Below the pieces are notes generated by a model. It was not told the DNA's origin. It saw only the letters and a program-made list of their open reading frames with translations, and searched no databases. Shown piece by piece: positions 40,659 to 51,330 of a stretch of 64,000 nt of DNA. Source of the DNA: Meyerozyma guilliermondii (taxonomy: Eukaryota); contig CP128818.1 of the NCBI GenBank assembly GCA_051546255.1, positions 1 to 64,000 of the forward strand. Reading direction: 5' to 3'. The position numbers and the translations under genes were made by a program. Numbering within the stretch: position 1 is the first letter of the stretch; each line of letters begins with the position of its first letter.

Positions 40659-43048
40659 ATGAGGTTATCCCCTCGCATCTTTTACGCAGCTCGCAAACAT
40701 CCAATTCCGTCAATTCGAGTGTCTGATGAGGTCCGACAAGCCCTTAGTGATTCCATGCCTGTGGTATCTTTGGAGCTGACTATTATTACCCATGGACTTC
40801 CCTTTCCCCAGAACGTCGATATGGCTCGACGAGTCGAGTCTGAGATTCGAAAAAATGGCGGCGTGCCCGCAACTTGTGCGTTTCTCAATGGCATACCTTA
40901 CGTTGGATTGGGAGACGATCAAATGCAAATTCTAGCCGAAGCAGAAAATCCAATAAAAGTGTCTCGTAGAGACGTTGGACATACTATGGCGGGCCGTCAT
41001 ACTGGCGGAACTACAATTGCACTGACAATGATTCTTTCTCATGCAGCAGGAATTCAGGTTTTTGCAACAGGAGGGCTTGGAGGTGTCCATAAGGAAGGAA
41101 ATATCACCATGGACGTTTCAGCCGATCTCACGGAACTTGGCCGTACTCCGGTCACGGTGGTGTGTGCTGGGCCCAAATCGATTTTAGACATTGGTATGAC
41201 GATGGAGTACTTGGAGACTCAAGGAGTGTTTGTTTCCACATATAATGATGACGGTAGAAAACGGGTGCAAATTCCTGGATTTTATACTCGAGAATCGGGA
41301 ATTTCATCACCATATTCTTTTACTGATTTTGAAGAAATTGCGGCAACGATAAATTACCAGAACAATGTCATGGGTCTCAGCTCAGGAAACGTCATTTGTG
41401 TTCCTCCTCCAAAAGATGTAGCTATGTCTTCTGAGTGGATCAATGAAATCATAGAAAGAGCCAATGAGACTGCGAAAATCCAAGGTGTTCGTGGTAAGGA
41501 ATTGACCCCATTTTTGTTGAGCTCCATAGCCAAAGCCACCGATAACAAGTCTGTCACTTGCAACGTTGACTTCGTGATAAATAATGCCGGGAAGGCGACA
41601 ATTTTGGCACGGCATTTGTTGGTAAGTAGAAAGCAGTTTTAACTGAGATTTGAGTTTCAAGACTAACCCAGAATCAGGTGAAACTGTCTAATGAGGACGA
41701 TTTTGCACCTTCAAGTTCAAGATCAGGTTCATTTAGAAGTTCAAGTTCGACTATCAGTTCAAGTTCAGATTCAACTTCAGGTTCAAGTTCAGATTCAGAT
41801 TCAGATTCAAGTTCAGGTTCAAATTCAGCTTCGTCTTCATTATCCTCGCCCTCGGCTTCGCCTTCGGGCTCGGGCTCGGTAGTGGATACCCTAGTTGTCG
41901 GTTCGTTGGCACTCGACACAATTTCCGTTCTCAAATCAACCACAAAATTAAAAGACTCAAATATCGGTTCAACTCGATGGTCTGTGGGAGGAGTGGGTCA
42001 CAACGTTGCATTGGCATGCCACTACGCTGGAGGATCGGTAAGACTTGTTTCTGCTGTAGGAAACGATTTTGCTGGAAATTCTCTTGTGGAAAGAATGGCC
42101 GTGGAAAATTCTCTTTGTAAGCTTGATGCTTCCACAGCTCTGTACACCTCTCTTCACGACCACAAGGGAGATTTAATTGTTGCCAGCGCCGATATGAACA
42201 TCATAGAGGCCGATTGGACCAAACATATAATGTTGCAAATTGACCAGGCTCAACCAAAAGTGGTGATAATGGATTGCAATTTAGCTGAAAATTGTATTTC
42301 GCAAGTTATGGCTCATATTGACACTTGCAGCGATGCCAAGGTGGTTATTGAGCCCACATCTATAGCCAAGGCATCGAGATTAGGGTCTTTACACTCCAGT
42401 TGCTTAAGAGTTTTTCCCCAAAATATCATCAAAATGGTGACTCCTACAGCCAGTGAACTCGGCCAAATTTACGATTCTTTTGCAAGAAAGGAACTTTTTG
42501 ACGACTACGACGACTGGTTTCCTGTTCTTGACTCTTTGGGCATCACATCTTCTTTTCGGGAAAAGTTAGCTAGCAACAAGACTCTTGCTCCATTCTTATC
42601 GCTGGGTATTCTCCAACAAGCATTCAGTCTTCTTCCTTACTTGGAAAGAATCTTGATCAAACTAGGGCCCCAGGGAGTTTTGGAAGTTGCTATATCCTCA
42701 GATGTGAGTGCTTACAAGTCAATTCCAACCACTTCACAGTATAGTCCTCATTGCATAGTCACATCCGATGGACATAAAATTGGCGAAAACCATATGGGAG
42801 TGGTAATCCAGTACTTTCCAATTCCTACAGAAAATGAAAATATCACCATAAAAAACGTAACTGGTGCTGGCGATACATTTTTGGGAGTTTTAATGGCAGC
42901 GGAACCAACTTGGTTGCAACCAGAATTGACCTCTGTTGAACAAGAATGGGATAAATGGCACCAAATATATATAGCCCAGCTTGCCAGCGGACTCACGTTG
43001 CAGACCGACAGCTCTGTCAGCACAGAGATTGAAAAATGGAAAAAATAG
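40659..43048 (+). CDS. Bifunctional pseudouridine-5'-phosphate glycosidase (PsuG/IndA) and pfkB pseudouridine kinase; exons 40659-41621 and 41678-43048
   Basis: Exon 1 has VVSLE(S)TIITHGLP, KVSRRD, FATGGLGGVH, DVSADLTELGRTP. Exon 2 has GGVGHNVA and NVTGAGDTF. A phase-0 intron joins them in frame. Confidence 0.88.
41622..41677 (+). other. Spliceosomal intron, 56 nt
   Basis: GTAAGT donor at 41622, GACTAAC branch point at 41661-41667, CAG acceptor at 41675-41677. Removal restores the reading frame. Confidence 0.85.
41710..41880 (+). repeat. Coding hexamer repeat (TCAAGT/TCAGAT/TCAGGT, then TCG variants) encoding a Ser-rich interdomain linker
   Basis: Visible 6-bp periodicity; peptide SSSRSGSFRSSSSTISSSSDSTSGSSSDSDSDSSSGS. 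Confidence 0.8.
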
Positions 43049-43165
43049 TTTTGATAAAAGAGTCTTTTCGCAGCAATTCGCAGCTCCCAGTTCGCAGCTC
43101 GCAGCTTTCAGCCTGTAGGACTGCATACCCTATCCATTTCTCATCGCAACTCAACCCCACAAATC

Positions 43166-44008
43166 ATGTTTCGCCAATTCGCCTCGGTTCTTAGAACTTC
43201 TTTCAGGGGCCAAAAGCTTGTTCTGGTTCTCAATTCCACCTCCAGAAACCACTATAGACCATTATTTGCAACAGGAGTGGCATTTGGGCTTTTCAGTGCC
43301 GCCACAACATCGGCGATATTTCTCGATGCTCCCTCCAATTTTCCACCAGAAACTTCTGTGACCGTAGACTCCTCCATATCGCCTTTCCCCACATCGCTCT
43401 CGCCAGAAGTGAACCCCAATCTCTCGCAAAAGTACGCGTTGTTGGGATATGGAGTGAGATATGTCACATTTTTGAGCTTCAAAGTTTACGGCATTGGCGT
43501 CTATATTGCCAATTCAGACATCGCCAAGGCCCGTAGAATTGTCAGTGAGGCCCTCAGGAGCGACCCTGGCTCGTTGGCTGACCCTGAAGAGTCGGCAAAA
43601 GTTATAGCAAAATTGCTCGATGAAAAAGTGCTGTTTGCGGTCCGAATTTGTCCGGTAAGAAATACCGACTACAGCCATCTTAAGGACGGATTGATCAAGT
43701 CTACGTTGGCGCATTCCTTGAGTAAAACTAACAGAGACGTGGTGGGCGCAGGACTTGACGAATTGAGACAAGTTTTTCAGGGAAGAAAAGGGTCGGTTCC
43801 CAAAAACCATCTCTTGTATTTAGAGGTTTTGAAAGACGGATCTCTTCTGGTGTCGTATGAAGACCCGAAGAAGGCGGTCGTGACCCCCATGGGTGTGGTT
43901 AAGGAACCCATGGTGGGACAGATCTTGATGCTACAATATCTCAGCGGCCGCAAACCATTGTCTGAAGAATTGCGTCGCAGCTGTGGTGAAAAATTGGCTG
44001 TGTTATAA
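43166..44008 (+). CDS. AIM18: Mitochondrial chalcone-isomerase-fold protein Aim18 (Aim18/Aim46 family)
   Basis: Mitochondrial-like leader. LLGYGVRYVTFLSFKVY, PVRNTDYSHLKDG, YLSGRKPLS. Confidence 0.82.
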   Translation: MFRQFASVLRTSFRGQKLVLVLNSTSRNHYRPLFATGVAFGLFSAATTSAIFLDAPSNFPPETSVTVDSSISPFPTSLSPEVNPNLSQKYALLGYGVRYVTFLSFKVYGIGVYIANSDIAKARRIVSEALRSDPGSLADPEESAKVIAKLLDEKVLFAVRICPVRNTDYSHLKDGLIKSTLAHSLSKTNRDVVGAGLDELRQVFQGRKGSVPKNHLLYLEVLKDGSLLVSYEDPKKAVVTPMGVVKEPMVGQILMLQYLSGRKPLSEELRRSCGEKLAVL

Positions 44009-44051
44009 AAGGGTATGGTATATTATATTGTTCCGAAGTGTAGTTAGGGTT

Positions 44052-45140
44052 TTACATGATAATGGACTCATGCTCAACGTTGGCGGAGATGGACTTGTGG
44101 GGTAACACCTTGGCACCGTTGACGTAGATTTCGTTTTTGATCTCGACATCGTCTCCCATCACGGTGATACCGTCGGTTCTAGCCCACTTACCGATACGCG
44201 AGTTCCAACCCACAATAGTGGACTTGACCCAAGCGTGGTCCTTAACCTCGGAGTTGGCTAACAACACCGATCTTTGGATTCTGGCTCCCTCACCAACAAC
44301 CACATTTGGTCCGATGGTGACATTAGGTCCAATCAACGCCGAAGGGTGGATCTTGGCCGATGGGTCGATCAAGACGTTTCCGCCATGCACAAACTTTTCA
44401 TTAGAGAGTTTTTCTGGCGACTTCTTGGCCAACGAGGTAAGGTACAACACTGTACCGGAAAGAAAGTCCTTGGGTTGACCAACGTCCATCCAGAAACCTT
44501 CCAAGTCGAACGAGTACAATTGTTTTTGTTCCACCAAAATGGGGAAGGTTTCCTTTTCGATGGAGGTGGGTTTCATCTCGATCATATCGATGACCGAAGG
44601 GTTCAAGATGTACAAACCCGCGTTGATTCTGTTACCAACAAACTCCACTGGCTTTTCCACGAAACGATCGATCAAGTTGGGGGTGTCTCTGTCGTGGACA
44701 ATCACACCGTACTTACTTGGTTCGTCCACCTTGGTGGCCACAATAGTACCAGCAGCACCGTGAGCCTTGTGGAAATCAGCCAACTCCTTGAATGGGTATT
44801 CACAGATCACGTCCGAGTTCAACACGAAAAATGGTGAGTTGTCTTTTTTCAACACTTTTTCAGCCAACTTCAAAGGACCAGCAGTACCCAAAGGTTCCTC
44901 TTCCACCGAGAAAGTGATGGACACACCATATTCCTCCTCGTACTTCTTGAGGGTAGACACCATCACCTCGGGTCTGTAGTTGACAGCCAACACAATATCG
45001 GTGACACCAGCAGCCGCCAAAGCCTCGATTTGGTGAAGAATCATGGGTCTGTTTCCAAATTCCACCAAAGGCTTTGGCAATGTCAAGGTCAATGGTCTCA
45101 ATCTGGTACCGTAACCTCCTACTAAAATAAGTCCTTTCAT
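44052..45140 (-). CDS. PSA1: GDP-mannose pyrophosphorylase (mannose-1-phosphate guanyltransferase)
   Basis: [39 protein letters not shown], hexapeptide C-terminus. Confidence 0.98.
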   Translation of the reverse strand: MKGLILVGGYGTRLRPLTLTLPKPLVEFGNRPMILHQIEALAAAGVTDIVLAVNYRPEVMVSTLKKYEEEYGVSITFSVEEEPLGTAGPLKLAEKVLKKDNSPFFVLNSDVICEYPFKELADFHKAHGAAGTIVATKVDEPSKYGVIVHDRDTPNLIDRFVEKPVEFVGNRINAGLYILNPSVIDMIEMKPTSIEKETFPILVEQKQLYSFDLEGFWMDVGQPKDFLSGTVLYLTSLAKKSPEKLSNEKFVHGGNVLIDPSAKIHPSALIGPNVTIGPNVVVGEGARIQRSVLLANSEVKDHAWVKSTIVGWNSRIGKWARTDGITVMGDDVEIKNEIYVNGAKVLPHKSISANVEHESIIM

Positions 45141-46018
45141 AGTGTTTTAAAGTTTTGATGAAAAACCGCCTAAAATCTATTAAGCGCAGAGACCTGGCGA
45201 CACGGCGCGGTTTATATATGGTGAGATACGTGGCGGAAAAAAACATCGTGTTCGGTAGCGGCACGAAGGTGGAAAGAAAGAGAAAAGAAAAAGAAAAGGA
45301 AAGAAAAAAGGAAAAAAAGAGCAGAAGAGCAGAAGAGGAATGGAGTGTATGAGATGACATTTTGAGCTAACCGTTGTTGACTCGTTTAGATTGTTTAGTA
45401 GTCTTGTCTTGATACTAGGATTTGCACCACAGTCGCGCTGGCGCAGGTACTGCAGATTCGGTGCAGGCCCAGCATTGTCCAGCACGCAGCCCACGCACGC
45501 GGCAGGTGCAGGAGATCGGAGCTGGCGCTGGTTTCGGAGCGGCTGCGATAAACGCGAAAGTGAGTGGCTAAGCTGAAAAGGGTGATGGAGGAAATGAGTA
45601 AATGAGTAATTGAGTATAGACAGGGTACACGACATACATTGTATATGATACAGTACTGAAGGAAAGACTAGAATCAGCGTAGAAAGAGTGATTTAAGGTG
45701 GAATGAAAGTAGATTGAAAAGTGAAAAGTTTCTAATTCTGCTCGTAATGTGAATGATTAGAATCTCTATTAAATGGTCTGTCCATAATGTGTGAAATTGA
45801 CCAGATTAGTGTTCATGGTTTGGAATAAACCATGAACCATATTTCAATCTGAGAGTGTATCTAATGCTCGATGGAAATGACAGTGTGGGTATCAATGAAT
45901 TGATGCAATTGCTCCTTTTCTGCTGAACAAGGATTCTTTTCAAATATAATGACTGATTTTGTTATTCGTCTGTTCAAATTTTTGTTCGAATTTTTCTGCT
46001 AGTTTTTTGTTCGGTTTT

Positions 46019-47398
46019 TTAATTCCTCCGTTTCTTGACCATCATCGCCGCAACTAGCCCCAAGCTCAACACCATACTAATGGTGGTAATGCCAAAATAC
46101 CTCTGCAAACACCCTTTTTGCGGACAGTGGCCGTCTGCTTCATGACCATAAAGAAGCAGAAATATCACCAGACCAATTGCTGGTCCCACCATAAAACTGC
46201 CCCAGATGGTGCCTAGCATATCTATACCCCAAATTGACGCTATTATAGTGGGATACACCGTAAAAAGCCCACCATATCCGGCTCCACTGACACCAGTAGC
46301 CACTTTCAAGTTGGCTAAATTGACGAGAAATTGTCCAATTCCAGCAACGATAATGGTGAGAGGAAGAACCACCAAAGCTCCTCCCGCAGACTCGTCGTTG
46401 CCGGGATGAAGCCAGTCACACAATCCGCCAGCAACGAGCCTGGAGACTGTAGAACAGGCTGCGAGAATGCTCACCATGGTGGTAAGGTTTTGGTTTTTCG
46501 AGATATTTTCCACGATCGAACCAAGATTATTTTGGAAACTTTCTAGGGGCCCAATACTAAGCACAAACGAAACCAAAAGAAGCCAAGCCCGCGGATCAGC
46601 CAAGAAGCTGGCAAAGCGACGACGCTGGTTCTGTGATAACGTGGACCGAACTGGACGCAAACTCTCATCGTCGGTGCATTCTTCTGGGTCATGATGGGCA
46701 TGAAGCAACGGTTCATGGTCCGAAAAGATCACATCGCTCTCCATCAGCTCGAGCAGTGCTGCTAGGAAATTTACGATTCCCATGGCCAAGTAAAATGTGC
46801 CGAAAAAGCAGAATACTCGATAAAGATCGAGGTGGGTTTGCGGACGAAAATAGCCCATTTGGAGTACCTGCGACCCTATCAAAGACAGCAAGCCGTAGCA
46901 GGTGACCGGGAGCGAGATCGCAAGCCCCTTGTGGTTGGGGAATATTTTGGCACAGGTGAGAAGCGACAGAAAGTAGAGCGACGAAGTGGCCAAACCAATG
47001 AGAAGAAACGTCAATGAAAGTGACGCCACGCTTATTCTTTGTGAAGATCTGGCACTGGATTGCACCAAATAAGCGTTGTAGTAATAACTGGGAACAAAAC
47101 AACAAATCAGGATCAACGATAAAAGCGGAGGTCCATGAGTGTCAGCGAGGTACCCTAAAATAGGAAGACACAAGTACATGCCGACGGCCGAAACCGATGC
47201 TATGGAGTTTATCTCGAGGTAAGAAAGACCTAACGAGTGCAACGAATACGAAAAAAGCAGAAATAGTAGGATTGAACCGGCCGAAAGACAGCATAAAAGT
47301 GAAGCGATGAAAGAACCAACTTTCAACCGTCGATGCGAAACATGGTAACTGAGGTAGTGGCGGATGCGGTGAGCAGTTCTGGAGATGAGTTTAGCCAT
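46019..47398 (-). CDS. MCH1: MFS transporter Mch1-like
   Basis: AGSILLF, GMYLCLPILGYLAD.HGP, LAISLPVTCYGL, YGGLFTVYPTIIASIWG. Confidence 0.82.
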   Translation of the reverse strand: MAKLISRTAHRIRHYLSYHVSHRRLKVGSFIASLLCCLSAGSILLFLLFSYSLHSLGLSYLEINSIASVSAVGMYLCLPILGYLADTHGPPLLSLILICCFVPSYYYNAYLVQSSARSSQRISVASLSLTFLLIGLATSSLYFLSLLTCAKIFPNHKGLAISLPVTCYGLLSLIGSQVLQMGYFRPQTHLDLYRVFCFFGTFYLAMGIVNFLAALLELMESDVIFSDHEPLLHAHHDPEECTDDESLRPVRSTLSQNQRRRFASFLADPRAWLLLVSFVLSIGPLESFQNNLGSIVENISKNQNLTTMVSILAACSTVSRLVAGGLCDWLHPGNDESAGGALVVLPLTIIVAGIGQFLVNLANLKVATGVSGAGYGGLFTVYPTIIASIWGIDMLGTIWGSFMVGPAIGLVIFLLLYGHEADGHCPQKGCLQRYFGITTISMVLSLGLVAAMMVKKRRN

Positions 47399-47736
47399 GG
47401 GGAGCTCGGAACAGAATTTGTGGCGAATATGGGGAGAAAATGGAAGCGTGGATGTGGGCCGAAATGGGATGTACTGCTGAGACTGTGGAGATTCGAGAGA
47501 TGGTGCACGGGTGCAGAGGAAGAGGAAGATGAAGGTATAAAGAGAGAAAGAGAGAGGTATGAAAAAAGGTGGATAGACTTCAGAGAAAGACCAGAAAGAC
47601 CAATTGGTGGATCTAAAGGAGGAGCATACAAAAAACTATTATGATCGAAATGAGAAGTGAAGAGAGCTTCAGAGCCTATCGCTCTTTCAGTCCTTTTACA
47701 CTTAGCCTCTTTTTCTCATGATTTCATTATATACAT

Positions 47737-48771
47737 CTAGTTCTTCATGTACGACAAGAATCTCTCAATCTCCTTCTCGGATCCCAACCAGATTCCACTC
47801 TTATCGTGGATTCCTTTAGGTTCAATTTCCAAAATTCTTTCACCACGGTCGTTCACAGCAGATCCACCAGCCTGCTCCATTAACATGGCCATAGGGAAAC
47901 ATTCGTACAACACTCTCAATTTTCCATTTTTCAGCTTTGAGTCGGCTGGGTATGCAAAGATACCTCCGTAAAGCAATGTTCTGTGAATATCAGCCACCAT
48001 ACTTCCAATGTAACGAGCACTATAAGGCTTACCATTTTCCTGTGGTTTTTTCAAATCCTCCAAGTACTTCTTGACGTACTCGGGCCAGTAGTAAGAGTTA
48101 CCCTCATTGACGGAGTAGATGGCACGAGACTTGGGGATGGTCAAATTAGGCAGAGTCAAAATGAACTCTCCCAATTGGGTATCCAAAGTAAAGCCATTGA
48201 CTCCATTTCCGGTGGTCAACATCAAATGAGCAGATGCACCATACATGGTGTAGCCAGCAGCAACCATCTCGGTTCCTGGACGCAACACATCCTTGATGGA
48301 ACCTTGAGAATCGTCTTTCAACCGGTAAACTCCGAAAATTGTTCCTACGGAAACACCAGCGTCAATATTGGATGAACCATCAATGGGGTCAGTACACACC
48401 GCGTAACGGCCTCCACCTTCAAAAACAATCAAATCTTCTTGTTCTTCACTGACCAACACCTTGACGTTGTTAGAACTCTTCATTGCATTGATGAAAATTT
48501 CATCACCAATCACATCCAATTTCTTTTGCACATCACCAGTAGAATTAGCACTGCCGCTGATACCTATAAGATTAACCAATTCGGCTCGACGGATGTTATG
48601 GGCAATAAATTTAAAAGCAAATTGTAACGAATTCAACAAAAGCGACAATTCTCCGGTAGCCTTTGGAGCTCTAGATTGTTGCTCTTGAAGGATGAATCTT
48701 GTCAAGGTGATGATGTCGGTGTCGACATGCATCTGTTCTGAAACTGTATTAACCATGGTGAAAAATGACAT
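47737..48771 (-). CDS. FBP1: Fructose-1,6-bisphosphatase
   Basis: TDIITLTRFIL, GDVQKKLDV, DPIDGSSN, RYIGSMVAD.HRT, GKLRVLYE. True start may be 48756. Confidence 0.98.
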   Translation of the reverse strand: MSFFTMVNTVSEQMHVDTDIITLTRFILQEQQSRAPKATGELSLLLNSLQFAFKFIAHNIRRAELVNLIGISGSANSTGDVQKKLDVIGDEIFINAMKSSNNVKVLVSEEQEDLIVFEGGGRYAVCTDPIDGSSNIDAGVSVGTIFGVYRLKDDSQGSIKDVLRPGTEMVAAGYTMYGASAHLMLTTGNGVNGFTLDTQLGEFILTLPNLTIPKSRAIYSVNEGNSYYWPEYVKKYLEDLKKPQENGKPYSARYIGSMVADIHRTLLYGGIFAYPADSKLKNGKLRVLYECFPMAMLMEQAGGSAVNDRGERILEIEPKGIHDKSGIWLGSEKEIERFLSYMKN

Positions 48772-48789
48772 GGAAGTGGCGTGTACTGC

Positions 48790-48883
48790 TATTTATAATA
48801 CCCCAGAGTTCCCCGGCGGTTGCTGCCACTAGCGCCGGGCGAGCCTCGCGCGGGGGTGCAGGACGGGCCAGTCCTTTTACCCG
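48790..48883. promoter_or_regulatory. FBP1 promoter elements: TATA, Mig1-like boxes, CSRE-like site
   Basis: TATAAATA on - strand near 48790-48797, CCCCAG at 48801-48806, GCGGGG near 48850, TCCTTTTACCCG at 48872-48883 resembling the Cat8/Sip4 CSRE. Confidence 0.5.
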
Positions 48884-48975
48884 AGGTGGCCAACGGCCAA
48901 TCGGCCAAAAGAGGCCATACACCAAAAATAAGGTAAAAATACGGCCAAAAAATAATGTGACTTGAATCTACTGCA

Positions 48976-49401
48976 CTACTTGCGCCGCTGCTGCTGGTAC
49001 ACCAGTCGGTTCAATTCAAACAAAATGTCCACCTGCAGCCGGTCGTGACGTATAACGTTGCGCGCCCCGTTCTTTTCCTTTATGCTTGCTCTGCGGTCGA
49101 CTTTTGTTTTCCATTGTGACGTTGATTCGAGGGGAGTGTAGATGACGGAGTCGGTGGAGAACCGGGTGTAGACTCCGCGGAGGTAGTTGTCGATTTCTGC
49201 AGCGTTGAACGGAGAAGCAGTGTTCGCAGTGTTCGCAGTAGACGCTGCCTCTGCGTCTGCATCACCTGCATGCTTATCACGTCTTTCAGCTGCACCCTTG
49301 GCAGTTCCGGTTCTGCTACCAGCTGTTGCTGCGCCAGTTGTCACTGCTGTCGCTGCAGCGACCGGCCTCGGTTCCCCAAGCTTCGCTGCCCAGTTATCCA
49401 T
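48976..49401 (-). CDS. Hypothetical protein (141 aa)
   Basis: ATG ORF filling the FBP1-SEC61 gap. Ala/Thr-rich N-terminus and an ordered-looking C-terminus (FNAAEIDNYL). Function unknown. Confidence 0.55.
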   Translation of the reverse strand: MDNWAAKLGEPRPVAAATAVTTGAATAGSRTGTAKGAAERRDKHAGDADAEAASTANTANTASPFNAAEIDNYLRGVYTRFSTDSVIYTPLESTSQWKTKVDRRASIKEKNGARNVIRHDRLQVDILFELNRLVYQQQRRK

Positions 49402-49637
49402 GCCTCTCCAAGTCGCATCGGTCCCTCATCGGTCGCGGTTACCCGCACGTCGCCCACTACACCACTTTCCCGACGCGCCAACCAAAGGACAGCGCGGCCT
49501 CCACTTTTCACACTTGATTAGGTTCACCTTAGTTTATTTGGGTTTACAATTTCGATCCGTACTGGTAATCCGTTGGTTTCTGTTCTTCAAGTTGTCTTTC
49601 TAAGTTGTCTTTTTAATTTCTTTTAGTTGTGTTCGTC

Positions 49638-51074
49638 ATGGGTTTCCGTTTACTAGATGTGGTAAAACCTTTCACGCCATTTGTTCCGGAAGTCATTGCC
49701 CCTGAAAGAAAGGTAGTGTTCCAGCAACGGCTCATGTGGACCGGAATCACCTTGTTGATTTTCTTGGTGATGTCGGAAATTCCGCTTTATGGAATTGTGT
49801 CTTCAAATGACTCCGATCCATTGTACTGGTTGAGAATGATGTTGGCATCCAATAGAGGTACTTTGATGGAATTAGGTATTTCGCCCATCGTTTCCGCTGG
49901 TATGGTGTTCCAGCTCTTACAAGGAACCAAATTGATTCACGTAGATATGTCCAATAAGGATGATCGTGAACAGTTTCAAACCGCACAAAAACTTTTTGCC
50001 ATTCTTCTTGCCGTGGGTCAGGCTACCGTGTACGTGTTGACGGGAATGTACGGACCTCCTAAACTGTTGGGCGTAGGTGTTTGTTTGTTGCTTGTTTTGC
50101 AATTGGTGTTTGCTGGTGTGGTGGTGATTCTTTTGGATGAATTGCTCCAAAAAGGTTACGGTTTGGGATCGGGTATTTCCCTTTTTACCGCCACCAACGT
50201 TTGTGAACAGGTGTTCTGGAAAGCTTTCGCCCCTACCACTTCTAATACCGGAAAAGGTACCGAATTTGAAGGAGCCGTGGTGGCTCTTTTCCACTTGTTG
50301 GGTTCTCGCCGTGACAAAAAGCGTGCTCTTATCGAGGCATTTTACCGTCCAAACTTGCCAAATATGTTCCAGTTGTTGGCCACCGTCGGCATGTTCTTCT
50401 TGGTGGTTTATTTGCAAGGTTTCCGTATCGAATTGCCCGTCAAATCCACCCGCCAAAGAGGTCCTTACGGTCTGTACCCTATCCGGTTGTTCTACACCTC
50501 CAACATCCCCATTATGTTACAAAGTGCCCTCTCGTCCAACATCTTCATAATCTCACAAATGTTGTTCATGCGCTGGCCCGATAATCTCTTTGTCAAAACC
50601 TTGGGTTCATGGGACGCTCGTCAAGGCTCTTCTCAACTCTTTGCCGTTTCCGGTCTCGCCTACTACATGCAACCACCTCTCTCGTTCACAGAGGCATTGT
50701 TGGATCCAGTCAAGACTGTGGTGTACATTCTGTTCGTGTTGGGATCGTGTGCCATGTTTTCCACCACCTGGATTGAAATTTCCGGAAATTCTCCTCGTGA
50801 CGTAGCCAAGCAGTTTAAGGAACAAGGCTTGGTTATTGCCGGTCACAGAGACACCTCGGCGTACCGCGAGTTGAAAAAAATCATCCCCACTGCCGCTGCA
50901 TTTGGTGGAGCCACAATTGGCGCGTTGTCGGTGGTAAGTGACTTGATGGGAACCTTGGGTTCTGGAACCTCGATCTTGTTGTCGGTGACCACCATCTACG
51001 GGTACTACGAGTTGGCTATGAAGGAAGGAGGCTTCGGCAAGTCGGTTGTGTCGGGGTTCTCCGACGGTATCTAG
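49638..51074 (+). CDS. SEC61: Translocon alpha subunit Sec61
   Basis: ATG 49638. [51 protein letters not shown]. Confidence 0.98.
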   Translation: MGFRLLDVVKPFTPFVPEVIAPERKVVFQQRLMWTGITLLIFLVMSEIPLYGIVSSNDSDPLYWLRMMLASNRGTLMELGISPIVSAGMVFQLLQGTKLIHVDMSNKDDREQFQTAQKLFAILLAVGQATVYVLTGMYGPPKLLGVGVCLLLVLQLVFAGVVVILLDELLQKGYGLGSGISLFTATNVCEQVFWKAFAPTTSNTGKGTEFEGAVVALFHLLGSRRDKKRALIEAFYRPNLPNMFQLLATVGMFFLVVYLQGFRIELPVKSTRQRGPYGLYPIRLFYTSNIPIMLQSALSSNIFIISQMLFMRWPDNLFVKTLGSWDARQGSSQLFAVSGLAYYMQPPLSFTEALLDPVKTVVYILFVLGSCAMFSTTWIEISGNSPRDVAKQFKEQGLVIAGHRDTSAYRELKKIIPTAAAFGGATIGALSVVSDLMGTLGSGTSILLSVTTIYGYYELAMKEGGFGKSVVSGFSDGI

Positions 51075-51330
51075 GCATATATAGAAAGATTCAACTGCAA
51101 ATGAAAAATATTCTCTGTTATGTACCTGCATATGCACCGCGGCTCACCGCACCTCCGCGGAGCTGCCGCCGCGCGAGGCCGCACCGCATCGGTCTTGGCG
51201 CCCCTCACTTACGTGCCTTTTTTCGTTCTCTACCCTCGGAAGTCGCGACATCCACCCACCACTGCTTTTGTGTAATGTCACCACCTCCTTTGCGATGCTA
51301 AACTTATTCAACCTACAGGAGCTTTGTGGT

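Noticed and set aside
41622..41677. Frameshift or two-gene split of the pseudouridine enzyme
   Set aside because: Canonical intron signals restore the frame.
41674..41943. Acidic repeat ORF (and the QVQIQ ORF at 41691-41882)
   Set aside because: Alternative readings of the hexamer linker repeat.
48997..49006. Internal GTACACCAGT telomere-like unit
   Set aside because: Single copy inside an ORF, compatible with chance.
49560..49637. Possible SEC61 5' intron (pyrimidine tract ending TTTTAG)
   Set aside because: No convincing donor or branch point; ATG 49638 already gives a complete N-terminus.
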